Shown piece by piece: positions 9,092 through 18,110 of a stretch of DNA of 64,000 nucleotides. Origin of the DNA: Marmoricola sp. (lineage in GTDB: Bacteria > Actinomycetota > Actinomycetes > Propionibacteriales > Nocardioidaceae). Position numbers and translations under genes: made by a program. Below the pieces are notes generated by a model that saw only the letters and a list, made by a program, of their open reading frames with translations, was not told where the DNA came from and did no database searches. Numbering within the stretch: the first letter of the stretch is position 1; each line of letters opens with the position of its first letter. The stretch lies in assembly GCA_050699415.1 (NCBI GenBank), contig JBOHDO010000135.1:112-64111 (forward strand), read 5' to 3'.

Positions 9092-9492
9092 CCAAGACCG
9101 CCGTTCGCACCGACCAGGCGCCGGCTCCCGCACACGCCTACGGACAGGGGGTGGCCAAGAACGGGCTCCTCCAGGTGTCGGGCCAGGGCCCGGTCGACCC
9201 GGCCACCGGCCAGTACGTCTCCGAGGGCGACGTGGCCGCGCAGACCAGCCGCACGCTGCACAACGTCGAGGCCATCCTCCACGCGGGTGGTGCCACCCTG
9301 TCCGACGTGGTGATGCTGCGCGTCTACCTGGCCTCGCGCGAGGACTTCGCCGCGATGAACGAGGCGTACGCCGGCTTCGTCGCCGAGCGCATCGGACCCG
9401 ACGAGGCGCCGCCGTGCCGGACCACCGTCATGGTGGGACTGCCGCGGCCCGAGATGCTCGTCGAGATCGACGCCCTCGCCGTGGTCGGCTGA
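9088..9492 (+). CDS. RidA/YjgF/UK114 family protein
   Basis: AYGQGV, VSGQGP, FAAMNEAY, PPCRTTV...LVEIDALAV. ATGA overlap with the IclR gene. Confidence 0.92.
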   Translation: MTKTAVRTDQAPAPAHAYGQGVAKNGLLQVSGQGPVDPATGQYVSEGDVAAQTSRTLHNVEAILHAGGATLSDVVMLRVYLASREDFAAMNEAYAGFVAERIGPDEAPPCRTTVMVGLPRPEMLVEIDALAVVG

Positions 9493-9496
9493 TCGC

Positions 9497-10933
9497 TCAC
9501 AGCTCGAAGCGCACCGTCCGGGAGGCCGGGTCGGCCTCGGCCAGGCGCACGGTGACCTCCTCGCCGACCGGCAGCGGGTCGCCGGAGGTCGCGGCCACCG
9601 GGGCCTCCACCGCGAGGTCGCGGACTGTCACCACGCCCCGGTCGGGGTGGTCGTGCTCGCTCTCGACCACCACACCGGTGAAGCTCTCCCCCACCCGACC
9701 CTTGAGGGTCTCGGCCTCGACCAGGTCCAGCACCGCCCGCTCGTAGGCGTGCGCGCGCTGCGCGGAGTGCTGCATGGTGGCCGGGACCTCCTCCAGCTTG
9801 GCCAGCACCCAGTCCGGGACCGTGGTGCCGTCGGTCAGCGCCACGCAGACCTCGAGGGCGTACCGGTCGACCAGTCGTCGCAGCGGCGCGGTCACGTGGG
9901 CGTACTCGGAGGCGAGCGCCGCGTGCTCGGGCTCCGCCGGGACCTCGCCGTCGAAGCCGACGTACCCGGCGCCGCGCAGCAGCGACGTGCACGCCATCAC
10001 CACCGCGGCGCCGCTCGGGGTCGCCGGGTCCAGGGACCGGATGAAGTCGGGGTAGAGCTGCTCCGCGGGCCAGTCGACGCCCAGCGCCTTCGCGGTCCGG
10101 TGCAGCCGCTTGACTGCCTCCGGCTCCGGCGGCGGCAGGGTGCGCAGGATGCCGACCCGGCCGTAGACCATCATCGAGGCCGCCGCGAACCCGGTCAGCA
10201 ACGAGATCTGGGCGTTCCAGGCCTCCACCGGGAGCATCTTGCGGAACTCCAGCCGCCAGGAGGGCCCGTCGACCTGCACCTCCTGCTCGGGCACCGGCAG
10301 GTCCACGCCGCCGCGCTCGACCTCGCGCTCGCTCCGCAGCTGCCCGACCTCCCGGAGCAGCTGGAGTACGTCGTCGGCGCTGCCGTCGTCGATGCGCCGC
10401 TGGCAGGACTCGTAGTCGAGCTTCGCGCGCGACCGCACACGGGCGCGCTCGACCCGGGCGTCGACCCCCTCGCCGGCCCGGTCCAGCCTGACCGTCCACA
10501 GCAGGGCCGGCCGGTCCTCGTCCGGCAGCAGCGATGCCGCGCCCTCCGACAGCGAGGTGGGGTGCAACGGGATCTTCGAGTCGGCCCCGTAGAGCGACTC
10601 GCCCCGCCGGTTGGCCTCGAGGTCGACCGGGTCGCCGGGGGTGATGAAGGCGGCGAGGTCGGCGATCGCGTAGTGCACGACGTACCCGTCGCCGTCGCGC
10701 TCGATGTGCAGCGCCTGGTCGAGGTCCCGCGACTCCGGCGGGTCGATGGTGACGAACGCGATGTCGGTGCGGTCCAGGTCGGGCAGCCTGACCTGCTCCG
10801 CCGACCGGGCAGCGGCAGCCTCCACCTCGGCGGGGAAGTCGGCGGTGACCTGCTGCTCGGCCTGGATGGCGGCGATGCGCCGCCGCAGCTCGTCGTGCTC
10901 GCCCTTGCCGACCCGCAACACCCGACCGCTCAC
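9497..10933 (-). CDS. RNB-domain ribonuclease (RNase II/R family)
   Basis: TIDPPESRDLDQA, HYAIAD, YAHVTAPLRRLVDRY. GTG start at 10933 with GGAGGAG upstream. Confidence 0.92.
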   Translation of the reverse strand: MSGRVLRVGKGEHDELRRRIAAIQAEQQVTADFPAEVEAAAARSAEQVRLPDLDRTDIAFVTIDPPESRDLDQALHIERDGDGYVVHYAIADLAAFITPGDPVDLEANRRGESLYGADSKIPLHPTSLSEGAASLLPDEDRPALLWTVRLDRAGEGVDARVERARVRSRAKLDYESCQRRIDDGSADDVLQLLREVGQLRSEREVERGGVDLPVPEQEVQVDGPSWRLEFRKMLPVEAWNAQISLLTGFAAASMMVYGRVGILRTLPPPEPEAVKRLHRTAKALGVDWPAEQLYPDFIRSLDPATPSGAAVVMACTSLLRGAGYVGFDGEVPAEPEHAALASEYAHVTAPLRRLVDRYALEVCVALTDGTTVPDWVLAKLEEVPATMQHSAQRAHAYERAVLDLVEAETLKGRVGESFTGVVVESEHDHPDRGVVTVRDLAVEAPVAATSGDPLPVGEEVTVRLAEADPASRTVRFEL

Positions 10934-11055
10934 GGCTCCTCCTCGAGACGCCCGGCCGCCGGCGGCGGCCCCGGTGGTGCTCCAGCCTAGAGGCTGCGTG
11001 AGCAGGTTCTGCCCTCGCGCAGCAGCCAATCGACGCGATCTCCTACGCTGGCGCC

Positions 11056-11835
11056 GTGCTGATCCTGCTGCCACCGTCGGAGGGCAAGACCTCCCCACGG
11101 CGCGGGCGGCCCCTGCAGCTCGACGGGTTGTCCTTCCCCGGGCTGACCGGGGCTCGCCGTACCGTGCTGGACGCACTGGTGAACCTCTGCCACGACGACG
11201 CCGACAAGGCGGCCGCCGTGCTGGGCCTCGGCCCGACCCAGGCCGACCAGGTGGACGTCGACGCCGGCCTGCTGCACGCCCCCGCCGCCCGCGCGGACCG
11301 GGTCTACTCCGGGGTGCTCTACGACGCGCTCGGCCTGGCCTCGCTGGACGCCTCGGCGCGCCGGCGCGCGAGCCGATGGCTCGCCGTGCAGTCCGCGCTG
11401 TTCGGCCTGCTGCGGCCGGCCGATCGGATCCCGGCCTACCGGCTCTCGGGCGGTGTCGACGTGCCGGGCCCCGGGCGGCTGTCCTCATACTGGCGTGAGC
11501 CGCTGGACGCGGTGGTGCCCCAGGTGGTCGGCGACGGCCTGCTGGTCGACCTGCGCTCCACCACGTATGCCGCGTTCTGGCGACCGGGCCCCGGCCTGGC
11601 GGCCCGTACGGCGACGATCCGGGTGCTGCAGGAACGCGGCGGGCGGCGCACCGTGGTCAGCCACTTCAACAAGGCCACCAAGGGCCGGCTGGTCCGGGAC
11701 CTGCTGCTCGACGGGGGCTCCCCGGCCACGCCGGAGGCACTGGCCGAGCGCATCGCCCGCAGGGGCTGGCGGGTCGAGCCGCAGCGGGCAGGCCGTAACG
11801 GGCAGCGCCTCGACGTCGTCGTCAGCGACGTGTAG
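11056..11835 (+). CDS. yaaA: Peroxide stress protein YaaA (DUF328)
   Basis: MLILLPPSEGK, YSGVLYDAL, SALFGLL...IPAYRL, SHFNKATKG. -10 TACGCT at 11044 (leaderless). Confidence 0.9.
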   Translation: MLILLPPSEGKTSPRRGRPLQLDGLSFPGLTGARRTVLDALVNLCHDDADKAAAVLGLGPTQADQVDVDAGLLHAPAARADRVYSGVLYDALGLASLDASARRRASRWLAVQSALFGLLRPADRIPAYRLSGGVDVPGPGRLSSYWREPLDAVVPQVVGDGLLVDLRSTTYAAFWRPGPGLAARTATIRVLQERGGRRTVVSHFNKATKGRLVRDLLLDGGSPATPEALAERIARRGWRVEPQRAGRNGQRLDVVVSDV

Positions 11836-13048
11836 CAGTCCCCGGCTGCGCCGACTGCAGGGTGCGCGAGTCCAGCGGTGCATCCGTCGGGCGGGCGTTG
11901 TACAGGCGCAGGTTGGCCCGGGGGCGGTCCTCGTCGTCGGAGAAGTAGCTGACCACGGACACCGAGGCGGGAGCCAGCTCCATCCGGTAGACCGCGTCCA
12001 GGGGCGCCGCCAGGGCGTCGGCGACCAGCACCTTGACCGGGGTGACGTGGCTGACCACGACGACGGTGCGGCCGGCGTACGCCGAGACGATCCGGTCGCG
12101 CCCGGCGAGGACTCGCTTCTGCACGGTGCGGAACGACTCCCCACCACCGGGCGCGTAGTCGAGGTCCCCCAGCCAGGCGCTGATGTCGTCGGGATGGCGC
12201 TCGTGCACCTCGGCGAAGCTCATCCCGTCCCAGGTGCCGAACTCCATCTCGGCGATGCCGTCCTCGATCTCGATCTGGCGCCCGAGGAAGCCGGCGAGGA
12301 TCTCCGCGCTCTCCCGGGTACGCCTCACCGGCGAGGTGACCAGCGCATCGATGACGCCGGCCATCGGCGCCAGCCACTCCCCCGTCGCCCGCATCTGGGC
12401 ATGGCCCTCGGTGTTCAACGACGGGTTGGTGCTGGCCACGCCGCCGGAGAACAGCTTGCGGGCGGTGTGGTCGGTCACCCCGTGGCGCACCAGGACGAGC
12501 GTGGTCGGTGGGCTGCCGGGCATCGCCCAGCCCCGCAGCCCGGCGGACTCCCGCAGCCCGGACTCCCGGGGCCCGGACTCCCGGGGCCTGTCGGAGGCGC
12601 CCACCGGACCGGTGGCGTCGCGCAGGCCGTCCAGCGCCTCGTTGACCAGCCGGTCGGCGTGCTTGTTCTGCGCCCGCGGCACCCAGGTGAAGGTGGTGCC
12701 GGGCGGCGCCAGCCGGTTGGCCTGCAGGGCCAGCGGCTTGAGGTCGGGATGCTTGATCCGCCAGTTGCCCGACATCTGCTCGACGACCAGCTTGGAGTCC
12801 ATCCGCACCTCGAGCGCCGCGCCCGGGGCGTGCTCACGGGCGAGCTCCAGCCCGGCCAGCAGGCCGCGGTACTCGGCCACGTTGTTGCTGGCCACGCCGA
12901 TGGCCTCGCCCCGCTCCGCGACCACCTCACCGGTGTCGGCATCCTTGAGCACCGCGCCGTACGCCGCCGGCCCCGGGTTGCCCCGCGAACCACCGTCGGA
13001 CTCGACGACCACCGCGCGCGGGCTCTCCTCCCGACGCGCCAGGCTCAT
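11822..13048 (-). CDS. Bifunctional RNase H / histidine phosphatase (Rv2228c-like)
   Basis: ESDGGSRGNPGPA, NNVAEYRGL, MDSKLVVEQM, NKHADRL (RNase HI); LVRHG, GGESF, VSHVTP (phosphoglycerate-mutase-like). Confidence 0.93.
   Translation of the reverse strand: MSLARREESPRAVVVESDGGSRGNPGPAAYGAVLKDADTGEVVAERGEAIGVASNNVAEYRGLLAGLELAREHAPGAALEVRMDSKLVVEQMSGNWRIKHPDLKPLALQANRLAPPGTTFTWVPRAQNKHADRLVNEALDGLRDATGPVGASDRPRESGPRESGLRESAGLRGWAMPGSPPTTLVLVRHGVTDHTARKLFSGGVASTNPSLNTEGHAQMRATGEWLAPMAGVIDALVTSPVRRTRESAEILAGFLGRQIEIEDGIAEMEFGTWDGMSFAEVHERHPDDISAWLGDLDYAPGGGESFRTVQKRVLAGRDRIVSAYAGRTVVVVSHVTPVKVLVADALAAPLDAVYRMELAPASVSVVSYFSDDEDRPRANLRLYNARPTDAPLDSRTLQSAQPGTATRR
12544..12588. repeat. Three 15-bp tandem units (core CGGACTCCCG) in the interdomain linker
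   Basis: Cores at 12544, 12559 and 12574. The minus strand encodes RESGP RESGL RESAG. Confidence 0.8.
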
Positions 13049-13070
13049 GGCCTCGGACCCGGACTCGGCA

Positions 13071-13814
13071 TCACAGTCCGCTCTCCCCGGTGCGCACCAG
13101 GATCCGGCCGCACTCCTCGCAGCGCACCACGTCGTCCGCCGGCCGTCCGGCGATCTCGCCCAGCAGGGCGGTGTCCAGGGCCAGCCTGCAGCCGCCGCAC
13201 TGCTTGGCGCGCAGCGCCGCCGCGCCGATGCCACGCTTCTGCGCGCGCAGCTTCTCGTAGAGCGCCACCAGGTCGGCGGGCACGTCCGCGACGACCTGCT
13301 TGCGCTCCGTCGCGGTCTGCTCGAGGTCGCCGTTGAGCTCGGCGGACCGGGCGTCGCGGGCAGCGGTCAGCTCGTCGCGCTCCCGGTCCAGGTCGGCAAG
13401 CTCGCCGCTGCGCTGCTCCAGGGCGTGCTGCGCGTCCTCCAGCCGCTGCATCACCTCCAGCTCGGCGTCCTCGAGGTCGCCGATCCGGCGCTCCAGGCTC
13501 TTCAGCTCCTCCAGCATGTGCTCGATCTCGCGGGGCGTGGCGACCGCGCCGGAGTCGATCATCCCCTGGTCGCGCTGGCGACGCGCCCGCACGGACTCCA
13601 CGTCGTGGTCGGCGCGCTTCTGCTCGGCGGTGAGGTCGTCGACCTGCACCCGCAGGTCGCGCACGGAGTTCTCGCACTCGGTACGTCGTCGCACGGCATC
13701 GCCCACGCGGGTGGCCTCGGGCATGGTGTCGAGCTGGTGGCGCAGCGTGTCGAGCCGCGTGTCGAGCTCCTGGACGTCGAGCAGCTTCAGCTGCGCAAAC
13801 GGGTCGGCTTTCAG
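13071..13814 (-). CDS. Coiled-coil, C4-type zinc-ribbon protein (Rv2229c-like); probable CTG start
   Basis: KADPFAQLKLLDVQELD N-terminus, heptad coiled coil, CGGC...CEECGRILVR. AGGAG lies 7 nt before CTG 13814. Confidence 0.88.
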   Translation of the reverse strand: MKADPFAQLKLLDVQELDTRLDTLRHQLDTMPEATRVGDAVRRRTECENSVRDLRVQVDDLTAEQKRADHDVESVRARRQRDQGMIDSGAVATPREIEHMLEELKSLERRIGDLEDAELEVMQRLEDAQHALEQRSGELADLDRERDELTAARDARSAELNGDLEQTATERKQVVADVPADLVALYEKLRAQKRGIGAAALRAKQCGGCRLALDTALLGEIAGRPADDVVRCEECGRILVRTGESGL

Positions 13815-13843
13815 CGTCGTACTCCTGTCGGGCTGGTCCGGGG

Positions 13844-14974
13844 CTAGATCCGGAAGGTCCAGGGGTCGGTGTTGGTGGTGCTGACCTGGAGCTCCACCGT
13901 AGCGCCCAGCTCGGCACGCAGCCGGTCCCGCAGCACCGGCAGCCAGGTCCACTCCGCCGCCCAGTGCGCCACGTCGAGCAGGGCGGGCCGTCCGGCCGCG
14001 CCGGCGTGCTCGCGGAGCTCGGAGGCGGGGTGGTGGCGCAGGTCCGAGGTCAGGTAGGCGTCGGCACCCGCGGCCCGTGCCCGGTCGAGCAGGAAGTCCC
14101 CGGCGCCGCCGCACAGCGCGACGCTCTCGACGGTGAGGCCCGGGTCCCCCGCGACGCGGACGCCGTGCGCGGTCCCGGGGAGTACGCCGGCAACCAGCTC
14201 GGCCAGCTCCCGGAGGCTGACCGGTGCGGGGAGCCGGCCGATCCGGCCGGATCCCCGATCGGGCTCGTCGAGCGCGGCCAGCTCGAACACGTCGTACGCC
14301 GGCTCCTCGTAGGGATGGGCCGCCACCAGCGCCGCCACCGCGTCTGCGCGCCGGTATCGCGGGCAGACGGCCTCGATGCGCACCTCCTCGACCACCTCCG
14401 GGTGGCCGACCCGGCCGATGGTCGGGTTCGCCCCCTCCAGCGGGCGGAACCGGCCCTCGCCCGGCGTGCTGAAGCTGCAGGAGTCGTAGTCACCGATCAT
14501 CCCGGCCCCGGCACCGGCGAGCGCATCACGGACCGCCTCGGCGGCCTCGCGTGGTGCGAACGCGACGATCTTGTCCAGCGGCCCGGTGGGGTCGGCCCGC
14601 AGCGGCCGCACCGCGCGGAGGCCGAGCGCCAGTGCGAGCGACTCCGAGACCCCGCCCGCCGGCGAGTCCGCGTTGGTGTGGGCGGTGAACAGGGCAACCC
14701 CGTTCCTGACCAGCTGGTGCACCACCCGGCCCTTGGGCGTGGTGGTGGCGACCGAGCTCGTGCCGCGCAGGAACAACGGGTGGTGGCAGACCAGCAGGTC
14801 GGCCCCGAGGTCCACGGCCTCGTCGGCGACCGCCTGCACGGGATCGACGGCGAGCAGGATCCGGCGCACCTCGGCCCCCGGGTCACCGCAGACCAGGCCG
14901 ACCCGGTCCCAGTCCTCGGCGTACCCGGCGGGGTACCAGCCGTCGAGCCGGGCGAGTATGTCGGCGAGCAGCAT
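13844..14974 (-). CDS. Nif3-like dinuclear metal-centre protein (Rv2230c-like)
   Basis: AEDWDRVGL, HHPLFL, AHTNAD, HPYEEPAYD, GAGD, SDLRHH, HWAAE. Confidence 0.95.
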   Translation of the reverse strand: MLLADILARLDGWYPAGYAEDWDRVGLVCGDPGAEVRRILLAVDPVQAVADEAVDLGADLLVCHHPLFLRGTSSVATTTPKGRVVHQLVRNGVALFTAHTNADSPAGGVSESLALALGLRAVRPLRADPTGPLDKIVAFAPREAAEAVRDALAGAGAGMIGDYDSCSFSTPGEGRFRPLEGANPTIGRVGHPEVVEEVRIEAVCPRYRRADAVAALVAAHPYEEPAYDVFELAALDEPDRGSGRIGRLPAPVSLRELAELVAGVLPGTAHGVRVAGDPGLTVESVALCGGAGDFLLDRARAAGADAYLTSDLRHHPASELREHAGAAGRPALLDVAHWAAEWTWLPVLRDRLRAELGATVELQVSTTNTDPWTFRI

Positions 14975-14995
14975 GGTCGGAAGGCTAGCCGCAGC

Positions 14996-15442
14996 TCAAT
15001 GCGCCAGGCCGGCGTGCTCGACGGCGTCGCGCAGGATCAGCGCGTGGTCGAAGGCGAGCCGTTCGTCCGCCAGCAGCCAGGCGACCGGATGCCAGGCGGC
15101 GTGCGCGGCATCGTCCCCCGCGGTGGGCTGCAGAGGCTCGGGCAGCACGGCGACGTGGGCCACGGTCACGGTGCGGTGCCGGGGGTCGCGGTCGGGTGCG
15201 CCGTACGTCGCGAGCTGGCGCAGCCGGGTGACCCGCAGCCCGGTCTCCTCGGCCAGCTCCCGGACCGCGGCGTGCAGCGGGTCCTCGTCGATGTCGACGA
15301 AGCCACCCGGCAGCGCCCAGCAGCCCTGGAACGGCGGGTGTGCCCGCTGCACCACCAGGGTGTGTGCCGCGCCGTCGACCTCGGTGAGCAGCACCGCGTC
15401 GGCAGTGACGTAGAAGATCGGGTACTCGCTGGTGAAGACCAC
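14996..15442 (-). CDS. NUDIX hydrolase
   Basis: Nudix box GGFVDIDEDPLHAAVRELAEETG, plus PDRDPR and LAFDHALI. GTG start at 15442 inferred. Confidence 0.9.
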   Translation of the reverse strand: MVFTSEYPIFYVTADAVLLTEVDGAAHTLVVQRAHPPFQGCWALPGGFVDIDEDPLHAAVRELAEETGLRVTRLRQLATYGAPDRDPRHRTVTVAHVAVLPEPLQPTAGDDAAHAAWHPVAWLLADERLAFDHALILRDAVEHAGLAH

Positions 15443-15541
15443 CCAGCCACTGTGCCACCGCGACGGCACCGCGGCGACCCGTGGGCGGTGGCCCGAAATG
15501 GAGGCGGAGGCACCGGGGGTGCCGTGGCAGCATGTGCTGTC

Positions 15542-16828
15542 GTGTCCCGGCCCCGCATCCCTCCCCTGGTGTCGGGGGCCGCCGTACCGGTCCGGGCGGT
15601 CGTGGCGCGGGTGCGCGGGACCGGCCTGCCGGCCGACGTGTTCGCGATGTCGGCGGTGGCGCTGTCCGTGGCGCTCGGCTTCGGCGTGGTGTCACCGGCG
15701 ATCCCCCTGTTCGCCAGCGAGTTCGGCGTCGATGCAACCGCGGCCGGTGCGGTGGTCTCCGCGTTCGCGCTGATGAGGCTGGTCGCGGACCCCGTTGCCG
15801 GACGGCTGGTGGACCGGATCGGCCAACGGGCCGGCCTGATGCTCGGCCTCGCGGTGGTCGCGGCCTCGAGCGTGGTCGCGGGCCTTGCGCAGAGCTACCC
15901 CCAGCTGTTGGTCCTTCGCGGGGTCGGTGGTGTCGGTTCGGCGGTCTTCGGCGTCTCCGCGGTCAGCCTGGTGCTCAAGGTCGCCACTCACGGGAACCGT
16001 GGCCAGGCGATGAGCGTGTACCGCTCCGGCTTCCTGGTCGGCGGCGTGGTGGGCCCGGCCGTCGGCGGGGCCGTGCTGGGCATCTCGCTGCGGGCGCCGT
16101 TCTTCCTCTACGGCGGCACCCTGGTGCTGGCCGGCGTGGTGGCCATGGTCTTCGTCGGCCGCCGGGAACGGCTCGCCGCCCGCTCGGGCGGGGACATCGA
16201 GCCGGATGAACCGTCGACCGGTCACGACGAGGCCGAGCCGGTCCTGCGCGAGCTCCTCCGGACCCGGGAGTACCAGGCCGCGCTGATGGCCAACCTGGCC
16301 GTCGGGCTGGCCGTGTTCGGCGTGCGCAGTGCCGTGGTCCCGCTGTTCTTCGTCCACGACCTGGGCACCTCCGACGCCACGGTCGCCTACGCGTTCCTGG
16401 TCTCGTCCCTGGTGCAGGTGGCCCTGCTGTTCCCCGCCGGCCGGTGGACGGACTCGGCGGGCCGGCGGCCCGCGCTGCTCGCCGGTTCCCTCGGTGCCGC
16501 GCTGGGGCTTGCGCTCCTCGCCGTGGGCGGTTCGGTCGCGGTGGCGTTGGTCGCGCTGGCGGTCTTCGGTGCCGGCTCGGCGTTCCTCGGCAGTGCGCCC
16601 GCGGCCTTGGTCGGCGACGTGGCCGGACGCCGCAGCGGCTCCGCGGTCGCGGTGTTCAACATGGCCAGCGACCTCGGCGCGGTCGTGGGCCCCACCCTCG
16701 CCGGGTGGCTGGTCGACCACGGCTCCTACGTCCTCGCCTTCGGCCTCGCCGCCGCGGTGGTGGCCCTGGCCGGCCTGCTCGGGCTCCGGCTGCCTCGTGC
16801 CTCCTCAGCTTCGCAACCGACGTCGTGA
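15542..16828 (+). CDS. MFS transporter (start uncertain: 15542 or 15602)
   Basis: About 12 hydrophobic segments, motif A GRLVDRIGQR, and the repeated GRWTDSAGRR. Confidence 0.88.
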   Translation: MSRPRIPPLVSGAAVPVRAVVARVRGTGLPADVFAMSAVALSVALGFGVVSPAIPLFASEFGVDATAAGAVVSAFALMRLVADPVAGRLVDRIGQRAGLMLGLAVVAASSVVAGLAQSYPQLLVLRGVGGVGSAVFGVSAVSLVLKVATHGNRGQAMSVYRSGFLVGGVVGPAVGGAVLGISLRAPFFLYGGTLVLAGVVAMVFVGRRERLAARSGGDIEPDEPSTGHDEAEPVLRELLRTREYQAALMANLAVGLAVFGVRSAVVPLFFVHDLGTSDATVAYAFLVSSLVQVALLFPAGRWTDSAGRRPALLAGSLGAALGLALLAVGGSVAVALVALAVFGAGSAFLGSAPAALVGDVAGRRSGSAVAVFNMASDLGAVVGPTLAGWLVDHGSYVLAFGLAAAVVALAGLLGLRLPRASSASQPTS

Positions 16829-16829
16829 A

Positions 16830-18110
16830 CTACGAGCTCGACTGCCCCCGGCGAGCCAGCGCGTCCACGGTCACGGCGGCCAGCAGCACCAGCGCGGTCA
16901 CCATGAACTTCGTGGCGGCCGACAGGTTGATCAGTCCCATCCCGTTGTCGATGGTCGCGATCACCACGCCGCCGAGCAGCGCGTGCACCATCTTGCCCCG
17001 GCCGCCGAACAGGCTGGTGCCCCCGATCACCGCCGTCGCCACGGCGTACAGCACCAGCTGGCCGCCGTCGACGTTGGCCGAGATCGAGCCCAGCCGCGCG
17101 GCGTAGATGATCCCGGCCGCGCCCGCGGTCAGGCTGCACAGCGCGAACCCGGCCACCCGGATCCGGCCCAGGTTGATGCCGGCGCGTCGGGCGGCCTCCG
17201 CGTTGCCGCCGATCGCGTACACGTACCGGCCGAACCGGGTCCGGGACAGCAGGATGGTCCACAGCACCACGATCACCAGCACGATCGGGATGTCCCAGGG
17301 CACGCCGTTCACCACGGTGAACCCGACGCCCCGGTTCACGCCGCAGATGACCACCAGCACGATCCCGGCGACTGCCACCGCGACGATCTTCGCGACGGTC
17401 AGCCCGAACGGCGGCACGGCCAGGCCGGACCTGCGCAGGCTGCGGTCCCTGACGAGCAGGATGCCGGCGAACAGCACCACCGAGACCGCGAGCACGATCC
17501 AGGCCGCGGTCATCGGCAGGCTGCTGTTGACCAGGGCGTTGACGTACGCCGGGTCGCTGATGGTGCCGCCGCTGGACTTGCCGCCGAAGCTGTCGATCAG
17601 GAACAGCAGCAGCCCCTGGAAGCCGAGCAGCCCGGCCAGGGTGACCACGAACGAGGGCACCCGCAGCCGCACGATGATCAGGCCCGTCATTGCGCCAATG
17701 GCGGCGGGCACGCCCAGCCCCACCAGGATCGCGGGCAGCCACGGCCAGCCGTGCATCGCCGACAGCCACACCGTGAAGAACCCGCCGACCGCGCCGACGA
17801 AGCCGGCGGACAGGTCGATCTCGCCGAGCAGCAGCACGAACACCTCGGCCATGCCGAGCAGCACGTAGACGCCCGCGTCCTGCGAGAACAGGTTGGTCAG
17901 GTTGCCCCCGGTCAGGAACTCCGAGCTCTGGGTCTGGAAGATCACGACGATGACCACCAGGCCGACCACGACCGGGACCATCCCGCTCTCGCCGCTGCGG
18001 GCACGGCGCCACCAGGCCGCGGTGTACTCGCGCAGTGACCCCGCGAGGACCTCCTCGCCCTCGACCTGCGGGGGTGTGGGCTCCTCCAGGTCCGCCTTGG
18101 TCGTCGTCAT
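16830..18110 (-). CDS. Sugar ABC transporter permease (XylH/GguB-like)
   Basis: LLGEIDLSAG, LRVPSFVVTLAG, TRFGRYVYAIGGNAEAARRAGI, VIGGTSLFGGRG. Confidence 0.95.
   Translation of the reverse strand: MTTTKADLEEPTPPQVEGEEVLAGSLREYTAAWWRRARSGESGMVPVVVGLVVIVVIFQTQSSEFLTGGNLTNLFSQDAGVYVLLGMAEVFVLLLGEIDLSAGFVGAVGGFFTVWLSAMHGWPWLPAILVGLGVPAAIGAMTGLIIVRLRVPSFVVTLAGLLGFQGLLLFLIDSFGGKSSGGTISDPAYVNALVNSSLPMTAAWIVLAVSVVLFAGILLVRDRSLRRSGLAVPPFGLTVAKIVAVAVAGIVLVVICGVNRGVGFTVVNGVPWDIPIVLVIVVLWTILLSRTRFGRYVYAIGGNAEAARRAGINLGRIRVAGFALCSLTAGAAGIIYAARLGSISANVDGGQLVLYAVATAVIGGTSLFGGRGKMVHALLGGVVIATIDNGMGLINLSAATKFMVTALVLLAAVTVDALARRGQSSS

Noticed and set aside
10934-11055. RNase P RNA (rnpB), often located near this RNase H/Nif3 block
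   Set aside because: The gap is only about 120 bp, and I did not see GAGGAAAGTCC on either strand. A CAGAACC word is too short to count.
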